This document shows positions 55,001 to 64,000 of a stretch of 64,000 nt of DNA, in pieces. This stretch comes from Schmidtea polychroa (taxonomy: Eukaryota): contig CM097888.1 in assembly GCA_044892525.1 (NCBI GenBank), positions 63,178,001 to 63,242,000 of the forward strand. Direction: 5' to 3'. The notes below the pieces were generated by a model. It worked only from the letters and a program-made list of their open reading frames with translations. It made no database searches and was not told the DNA's origin. Every line of letters starts with the position of its first letter. The stretch's first letter is position 1. The translations under genes and the position numbers were made by a program.

Positions 55001-56729
55001 AAAACAAGGATAACAACGGTCGGGAAATAACAATATCATTTAATTTTCAAACTGACCAAAATTTATTCATGACCCGTTGGTAATTAGTGAAATAAATTTT
55101 GCAGTAAAATGACTTTAACCTGTTGATCAATGTATGAGTCATATATGATTCGCGTTTTTTTTTGTTTTGATTAATAATATTTGTGTTCTTAAGTGCAATA
55201 CCAGAAATTATTGTGCTTCAAGTAGTTAATAATGTTATGTCATAGTTTAATCTTGGAGTTTAATCATAATTGAATCCGTTTTCAAAGATAACACATCCGA
55301 TGCAACGGAATCCGGGAGTTATAGAAATTATATTCCATTGATGATTCAGCTTTAAAGCAAATTTATCTGTAATTTCATTTTTTTTAAAAATCACGACAAA
55401 AAATTTAAAAAAGTTAATTATTTAGAATAACTGTCCAAGAATTATTTTCATTTTATCAGATTTTTTAGTTCAAATGATTAGTTTATCGCTACAAAAGTCC
55501 ATAAAAATATATAATCTTACGATGATTAATTGATATTTTATTTTAAATTTGCAACTGCCATTTATTTATTAAATACATTTTATATAATTAGAAAATCACA
55601 AAATTTTTATTTAATTTTTCCTTCCGTTATTTTCTAAATTGGGCCAAAAAATTATTTACTACCAATTCCTGGAAAATATAATATTAGTTGAATTAAAAAC
55701 TATTTCTACTTTTCCTGGATAAAAAATTTGTTATAATTAATATTATTTAATTAAGTAAATTATTCCATCCTATAAAACTACAATATTGACTTTAAATTTC
55801 ATTTTTTTCTTCAGAGAGCATTTAAAAAAATATTTGAGTATCCATTTATATTATGCCAATTTTCTATTTATATGTAAAATATTGAAGCTATATCTATTCT
55901 AGGATATCATATATAAAAACTCTCTAGCTGTTTTGTTACGTTGACAGAGTTATTGTTTCCATCAGATGAATTGATGTAATGAGCACCGGTTGAAATTTAG
56001 GCATTGCACTAATAAAAAAAATTAAGTGATAATTCAATGAATTATTTTAAACTCATTAACGCTTACGTATTATGTAAAATACAATGAGTGTAACAGTCAA
56101 TTATCTACATAATTACAGAAATCTTAATTAGTCTTAACTTTCAATTTTGTAAATGGGTAAGATTCAAAATAATTTTGGGAATGAGGTTAAAGGCAAAATT
56201 ATTCTTTGTTTATTCTTTTACCGCAATTTTACAAAAAGTATCCACGTTTTTCACTATTAACAACTTGTATATCTGTTCGTACTGCCTCGCTCTCTTTAAT
56301 CAAAAGAAATATTTTCTATAGTTATTTTTCAGATTTTGATTGTAGTTATGCCTGTGCCGAACCAGGGTACACATCATTTTCCATCCAATAGAAAATACAT
56401 ACCAAGAACCAGAAACGGACGAAATACACATGAGCACATAAAATATGTAATCCTTATAATTAATATTCCTTTTATTACGGCACACGCAAAATGAATTTTC
56501 TACGACTTACTGAATTGTGTTCTAGTGAAGATGCGGCTATTAGTACTGCATCGTCAGTGAAAGTGTGCTAAGGGCCATGACATGATTTTGTACATGTGTA
56601 ATAAATACATTGTAGCATTTGGCCCCCAGCGTAATTATTTGATTAAAGTTTCTTTATACTTCGATTTGAATATATTTTGTCTATGTTTTGTCAAAAAAAA
56701 TGTAGTAGGAAGATAAATGATATGCATTA

Positions 56730-59233
56730 TAGTTCCTCAATTACCGTATATTTTCTATTACTGGTAAACGGTAAATTTTCAATCGTACTACCGGTAAAAA
56801 CCGGTAAATTTCGATAATAGGTTTTTTAAATAAATTTTAAAAAAAACATGTTTTAATTGAATAAAAACATTAAAATCTGTTTATTTCATACAAAAACGAC
56901 CAAATAAAAAATCATTCAAGAAAAGAACAAATACAAAAATCCAAATTATAAATTTACACAACATCTCTTAATCTTTAGTACCATTTTGTTTGAAAAAGAA
57001 ATATTTAAGGAAAACGATAATATTCAAATTTTCATCCGATAACATAGTTCTTATCTTACTGCAAACTCGGCTCGCTATGGAAAATATTCTTTCGTTGGCT
57101 ATATATGTTGGTTTTGCGGTTTGCAGAGCTTCGAACAACTGTGTGAGATTATGACTTTTTCCCCGGATACTTCAAAAAATAAAAACTCTTTGTGGTCTAA
57201 TGATGATAATCCTACTGGTTTTCTGGAAATGGAAACCATAGCTGTAGAAATAGCTTTTAGAAATTGAGATTTCAAGTCAGGATTTAAAAGTTCGGGCTCG
57301 TCATTCTCTTCTGAATCTGAATCTGATTCTGTTTGCTCATCTGCTTTGAATAATCTTTCAATTATTTTTTCCCAAATACCACTCTCGATAACTTTGAACA
57401 GTAATCAAAGTGAACATTTCGTTTTATTAAATTTTTTGGACGAAGAATGTATTGTACGAGAGACAATAATTTAATATTACGTCTTTTATCAATTTCTCTT
57501 TTCAAACAAACTAATAAGTTAGAAGATATTTGTGAATCGCTATTTTTTTTCCAAAGTTGAACATAACAATTCAATTACACTTTCCGCGGTAAATAGTGTA
57601 GCATCATTTCTTACTAAAGCTTCTGCGGCAATCCGACTGGCTCTAAAATTTTTTGAATGTTTATCAAATATTTCTCATCTATTGGAGCTAACAAATGAAG
57701 AGAAATAAAATATTCTAAATCTTCTTTTACTTCTTCTTTTACTAATAAATATATTTCTATCATGGGATTGATGGAATTCCAACGTGTCTTGATATCTATT
57801 TTTAATTCCAGTTCTTTGCCAAGTCGGGTTTTTATCTTTTCCAAAAATGGTGATAATCGAAAATATTTAATGACGCTGCGTAAGGCTTGCAATTGCAAGA
57901 AAAAAATTGAATGACTATACATCATTTTCAATTGGCTCGTTTATTTTCTCAATTACCATATGGTCATCTGGTTCAACCGAATCACCATCATCAATGCCAG
58001 TGTCACTGTCATATTCTAAAATAATGTCTTCCTCATTTCCAATCAAACTCTGATCAGTTTCATGGTTTAAGCATAACACCGGTTCAACTGGACTTTATTA
58101 TATTTTTATATTACTGCAGCACCATCGTTGATTGAACATAAAATATGATGATCAAAATCTGCGTTAAACTCATTTCATCAGTTTCTTATTATTTCCTGAA
58201 TATTTTTTGCATCACATTTTCCAGTGATTCTTGCTAAACCAAGATTGTAATTTTCATTGTCATCATACAAAATAATATTGCAATATCTTCTATTTTTGAT
58301 TCTTGTCCATTCGTCTACCGAAAGCGATAATCGTTTTCCAATAGAAATTTTGAACTGTAATTGTTCTACAAGTTGTATTTTTATTTTTTCGTAATAACTT
58401 TTTACCAATTCCATTGTGCCCGTTGAATTTTTTGGCAGCTTGTATCCTAGTTTATTTATACTTTGGCGAATGAAAGACGAATTTGTCACGCCATAATAAG
58501 AGAAACCATCTAAAGCAATTAGTCTAGACACAATCTCTTCTAAAGTTTCACTTTGTAAATAACTCGATATTAATAATTTTTTTTAATCTAGAGGCAGAAG
58601 TACTAGGACTTGCATCATCATCAGCTGCTTTTTTGATCAAAATTTTATGTACAGGTTAAAGGTGCGAAATCATTCCACTTGTTGAACCACCATCACATTT
58701 AATAGATTTTTTACATAATTTGCATATAGCTTTATTACTGTCTTTTCGCTTTTCAAAATGCTCTCAAACATTTGAAGAACCCATATTCTATTAAAACAAT
58801 ATTCTATTTATTAAAAATATTACTTACGAAATTTTGTATGTTTCTATGTATTTATTACGATATATTATTAATGTATTATGTATTTAAAAACCAATATTAT
58901 TTTTTTAATCACTATCACATCACAAACCGCATAAGACAGAACAATTGAAAATTGTAATCGACAAAAATTAGAAAAACAAACACATTTTTCTGTCATAAAA
59001 ACAAAATTGAGAGACTAACGGTGGTTTTTATTTTAAATAAAAAAGAGTCGGTTAGTAGCACACACTTGTCATCGCAGTGTTTTGGTTTACACATTTTATT
59101 TCTTCGCTCTTTTTTATTTTGCACAATAACCGCATTACCGGTAAAGTGGTAAATATTTTTACCGGTAAACGGTAACGTAAAAAATGTCAAAATTATCGGT
59201 AAACGGTAAAGGTTTTTACCGGTAGAGAAACTA
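56730..59233 (-). mobile_element. Near full-length decayed hAT (Ac/hobo-like) transposon
   Basis: It has a BED finger (AICKLCKKSIKCDGGSTSGMISHL), LSVDEWT, DIKTRWNS and a C-terminal ERIFS...KIRTML. Both ends carry clusters of ACCGGTAA-like motifs and TAGTT(C/T)CTC termini. No TSD was found. Confidence 0.88.
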
Positions 59234-60884
59234 TATCTATTTAAATACACACATTTCTCGGTAAATACTTTTCAAAGTAAATACTATGCATAGCATTTTG
59301 CATTAAATTACTTAAAGGAAATTGAAATTCACATAATTTAAGTCGTCACATTGTACTTTTTTTTAAAAGGAGGCGAATATTCAAAATATTTATATCTGCA
59401 TGTATACAATGTTTTTTCGGGTTTTGGGAAATGTTAATAAATATTAATAAATATTAAACATTTATAAATTAATCCCATAATGAAAAGTTTTCTAAATGAG
59501 AGATTTCACATTTTTTGGTTTAAATTTATTAACACCTTGTATGTATTATTGTATTTATGATGATTTTTAATATTAATTAGAGATATGGTAAATAAGGATA
59601 TTTTTTATTTTCGATTTAAGTACATTAATTTTAATGATATGCTTAACATAACCTAAATATACCAATGAAATCCGGTAGTTCTAGTTTTAATAAATTGATT
59701 TTTATTATCATGTATTCGAACATTTTAGTTTTATCTTTTTTTCGATGGTAACATTGAAAGTTTTATTGATAGGCTGACATTTTGAAAAATGGCCAACAAA
59801 TGAGTTTAAATGATTGGTTCTGAACAATATATTAATACTATTTTAAGTTCCTTTCATAATAATAACCTTAAATTGAACGTTTCATGAAATTAAAATATTA
59901 TAGAGAATATTCCCACTAATTAGACTGATATTTTTCATTTTGACTTGTTGCGTATAGAATATATCCTATAATTTGCAAATATAAAATAATTCAATGGGAA
60001 AATATAATGCACTTTACTGATTCATGGTCAAGTTTTTTAATAAAAAGAATGGATAAGCAATGAAAAAATCTATTGAAATGATTTTCCAAATTTTTTAAAC
60101 TAAGTTTGTGTCATTTTTAAAATTTAAATTGCCTTTTAAAAAAAATTAATAACTTTGTTATAGAAGATAATTTCATCAAACTGCTTATAAAAAAGAGATC
60201 AGTGAGATTGCGCTATTAAAATATTTTTAATTTATATTTTTATTTTATCATTTTAAAATTTAGTAAGCCAGTCAACTTTTTATTCATAACTCATTCAATA
60301 AAAGAAATTAAAATTTTCAAATTGAAAAATTAGTTTCTAATAGTTAAATATATTAACTTATTTCAGTTGCTGGTTTTTGTTTGTTTTAAAAAATCAATAA
60401 ATCACATTAATAATATTCACTGGTATTCAGAAAAAAAAGGATTTTTATTTACTTTAAACAAAAAAAACTTAAAATTGTGATTTTATCATAGTTAAATAAC
60501 GTGCAAATTATTTCAACGGGTAAAACCTATTCTGAAATTGTGACAGTCGGCATATTTTTACATGAATAAATCACTTGAATTGTCAATTTGTTAATAATTT
60601 TCCCTATTTTCGATTTCATTTTTTTTCGGGTTTGAATATTTTGAATCGGCTTATAATTTTATATGCGACATTTTACGTTCTTATTTTGATAACTATCATG
60701 ATGTATATTTATTTATTGACTCAGTCAATTGTTAGCGTTTCGAATTGTCAGATATTGTTCTAGTTTTTAATTATTTATTATTCAGATTAAATTAATGAGA
60801 AATAGATTTAATGTGTGTCACAAAATTTATCGCTTTCTTCAAACCATATTTTGATTATCTATTGCAATATTTTATTTTAATTAA

Positions 60885-61103
60885 CCCGTTTTGTCCCAGA
60901 TATATTTTTATTAAACTGCATGGATTGTTATAATTTATTTTACTCAGAGCTTCTAGAAGTGATATTTGCTAATTATTTAACAGATAACTTTAGGGGTTTG
61001 ATATGTGGAGGATGTTACCATTTGGTTACATTGAAAACTTTTCAATGTTTATACTTTTTACTTTTTTATGAGTGATCAATTCGTCACATTGGGATAAATC
61101 GAA
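60885..61103. mobile_element. Possible degenerate piggyBac MITE
   Basis: TTAA-CCCGTTTTGTCCCA ... TGGGATAAATCGAA-TTAA forms an imperfect TIR. Confidence 0.45.
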
Positions 61104-61186
61104 TTAATATAACTTGTAAAGAACCTAATAACAATGAGAATATTTTGAAAAATGCAATCCAGTCAATATTGAAATATTATTTCTAG

Positions 61187-61347
61187 AATCAAGGCCCTCT
61201 CTTTCAAGTGTTGCTAATCACTGTCTCAACTATGAATCAGCCACCTCGTGCAATGATATATTCCTCAATAAAGTGGCGAAGAATGAACTCCAGAAATTTA
61301 ATTGCTCTGCTGACTGTATACTAGATTTTAGCAAGCAAATAGATTCG
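61187..61347 (+). CDS. Isolated putative exon of an unidentified gene
   Basis: An AG/GT-bounded open frame reads SRPSLSSVANHCLNYESATSCNDIF...KQIDS and is higher in GC than its flanks. Confidence 0.45.
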
Positions 61348-62132
61348 GTAAAATTTATGTGATTTCACTTTTTTTTATTTTATATTGTCACAACCATATT
61401 TACCAAAATTTATAATTCCCTCAAAACTTATACTGATGTCATATTTTATACTCCACTAAAATATTTATACGTTTCATGAAGAAAAATTTTCAGTAACATA
61501 ATTATCTAAATGGACAGTTTCAGCGTATTTTGATTATGAAAATAATTAAATCTGAAATTTCTATTTGTCCTTTATTAGCTGCAGCTCTATCGAAAAATAA
61601 GTAAATATGAATCTAGATATTGACTCTGAGATAAGTGTTGAAACACTATCTTAATATAGCAGCATTTATCAATTTTTCATGATTTTTTTTTCCTCATGTC
61701 TTTCCCAAATTTGGCATTTGAAGGGCATGAGAAATAAATTTATGGGGAGTATGTTGGTAATATAAAGGTGATAAAAATTTGGAGGCCTTAACATTTTTTG
61801 CAGTGGTTTACACACTCATATTGCAAGAATTATACATACGAATCGTATTGTCCAACGGCTGTATAATGTAATGCTAGGTTTATTTTCCAAGAAAACATGT
61901 TATTAACTGTAAGTTACAACGGATCGCTCTACAAGAAAGGGTAGATCTATAAATATGTTAAAAGTGTTAACATGTATCCTGTGCGCACTTTCGAATTTTA
62001 AGGGTTCTTCGATCGTGATTAGGCCTGTCCTTCTCATTAGTGATGATTTTTAATTTTATTAATTTTACTTATATTTAATTGCAAATAATAGTAAGCAATC
62101 TAATTAGCATATGTAGTATGTCATATAGAGTT

Positions 62133-63740
62133 TAGATCTGTTAACCGGAAACCAAAACCGCGGTTTTCAACCTCATTAACCGAAATCGTAAACCGCGTCG
62201 CAAAACCGGGGTTTACGGTTTTTAAATTTTTTTTTATTAATATTCATAATTCTATATCCAATATTTTAATTGCTGCCCGCCTATATTTATGAAAATTTTT
62301 CATTCCTCCGTTCTATATTAATTATAACATATATTTTATGTCATTTCATTTGGCATCGAAATTTCAAATAATTAAATTGAGGCTTATTGATTGTATTTCT
62401 AATTTTGTTTTGTATTAAACTGAAAGTTATATTGGTTTATCTAATTAACAATATTAAATAGTTATTTTTTCCATTTTATCAATTTAACAATATTGAATAT
62501 GTAAGTGCTTTTTCCACTATTTTTTAAACAAAAAATAATAAGTTTTTAAAGTATTTTTTCCAAAATCAAAAATATACCCAAATATTATGTTGTCGACAGC
62601 AATATGGGAATATTTTACAAAAATTTAAGCCGCTAACAATGCTAACAATGAAGCTTAATGTAAAAAATGCGGAACAGAAGTGAACAATTGTAAGGGTCAA
62701 ATATAAAGGTCTGCAATGATCAATCACATGTGAAATATTCATAAGACTTGTAAAAAACCACACAATGATTCCATAACAAACGTTGCTTCAACATCTGAAA
62801 TGGAAACTTAAAACTACAACAAAAACATTGATAGTTTATTTTATAAAAAAAGAAACTCTTGGAGAAATTGTTGATGAAAACGGCTTTTTAATTAGAGCCA
62901 TTACAAGGTCGAATTTCATTCGACATGCGATTTCTGAAGGGGGTGTAAATTACCTACAAGCGAAAATGGAACAATGACACTTATTCAGGTCGAATATAAA
63001 AAGAGAAAAATCTATATATAAGATTTTTTGATGAAGCCGAAAAAGGTTAGAGCAAATGGGTAAGTTCGTGACAACGCCGTTGTATGAACATCATAAATAA
63101 ACATGATAAAACGGATAAAGTATTGAACTTAGGATTGGTAAGAATTATTGGATCATGCAGCTCGACTAAGATTCACATGGCCGACCATCTTAAAGTTTTT
63201 TACCTGTCCTTCAAAGAGACATTGTAGCTACCACTAACGACGGGGCTAGCTTTATGTTTAAATACAGTAAAAAATGTTAGACAGAAGTCCAATTGTGTTT
63301 AAATCATGGTCTCAACATTACTGTTTCTAATACATTTTATTTCAAAAAATCAAAAAATAACAGCCAAAATTTCAATAGTGAAACTTAAGTAGACACTGAC
63401 GACAGCGATAATAATGAAGATGAGGAATTTGATAAAGGTGATAGTTGGATATCTGAATTAATTTGTTTAAATAAGTGAGTTGTCAAGTTTTTGTGAAAAA
63501 TTGAAAACTTGTATATAAATAAATTTATGTCGAATTTGCAGAATTTTAAAACCGAGTAGGATTTAACTATGATAAAGGTTATTCTTTTTTTGATTATGAT
63601 AATGCCGAATCTTAAGTTTCCGAAATAATCAACCTAGCCAAGATATTAAATAAAGTTCCTGCTATTGTGAAATTTTTCAAACGTTCATCAGTTCGTAATG
63701 ACATTTTGCAACAAAAAATTTGTAATCAATTTGGTTTTTT
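62133..63740 (+). mobile_element. Decayed hAT transposon, 5' part
   Basis: Subterminal AAACCG motifs, a BED-finger remnant (IWEYFTK...CKKCG...NHM), TLGEIV...ITRSNFIR, LGLVRIIG and IVATTNDGASFM. Confidence 0.8.
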
Positions 63741-64000
63741 TAATATTTTTTTTTAATTATTTTGTATCTAAAAATTCATTGAACTGAACAAATAGCGTAA
63801 ACTATTTCATTAATACGCGTGTATTTTTTATGGCTAATTAATGTTATTTTCCCACTTTTCATAACCCCCAAACGGCTTATTATACACTGTACATTTAATA
63901 TTAATTCAATATCTTTATCGCCAGAAAGTTTGTCAAGTAATTTTCTATAATTTTTTGACAATAATTTCCCATTCATTCAAAAAATTCGATAGCTTTTTTA

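Overview
This is AT-rich eukaryotic (animal-like) genomic DNA with GT-AG introns, many only 41-90 nt long, and dense transposon debris. It contains three N-gaps. It is not prokaryotic, and I saw no CRISPR array, rRNA or tRNA. Three conserved host genes can be reconstructed by eye: the 3' part of O-GlcNAcase (OGA, +, 4295-12431), a complete BET-family double-bromodomain/ET gene (-, 26882-29951, about 680 aa) and a complete MCM5 (-, 38789-42167, about 743 aa). Mobile DNA includes several hATs (three with perfect 8-bp TSDs), Tigger, mariner/Tc1, piggyBac MITEs, a Helitron helicase remnant, three degenerate Ty3/Gypsy elements and a minimal hammerhead ribozyme of the Penelope type. The most unusual observations are four. 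(1) A duplicated stand-alone ET-domain mini-gene keeps its frame and splice sites, has 20 amino-acid changes against 2 silent codon changes, and lies next to a 117-bp-arm fold-back hairpin. (2) A 5.3-copy array of near-identical 829-bp units carries phase-compatible exons for an unrecognised protein. (3) Two related virus-like or transposon-like segments have compact bidirectional ORFs and TGACCTT/ATGAGTCAT/GGGGTAGGGG motif arrays. All alignments and counts were done by eye; no database searches were possible.
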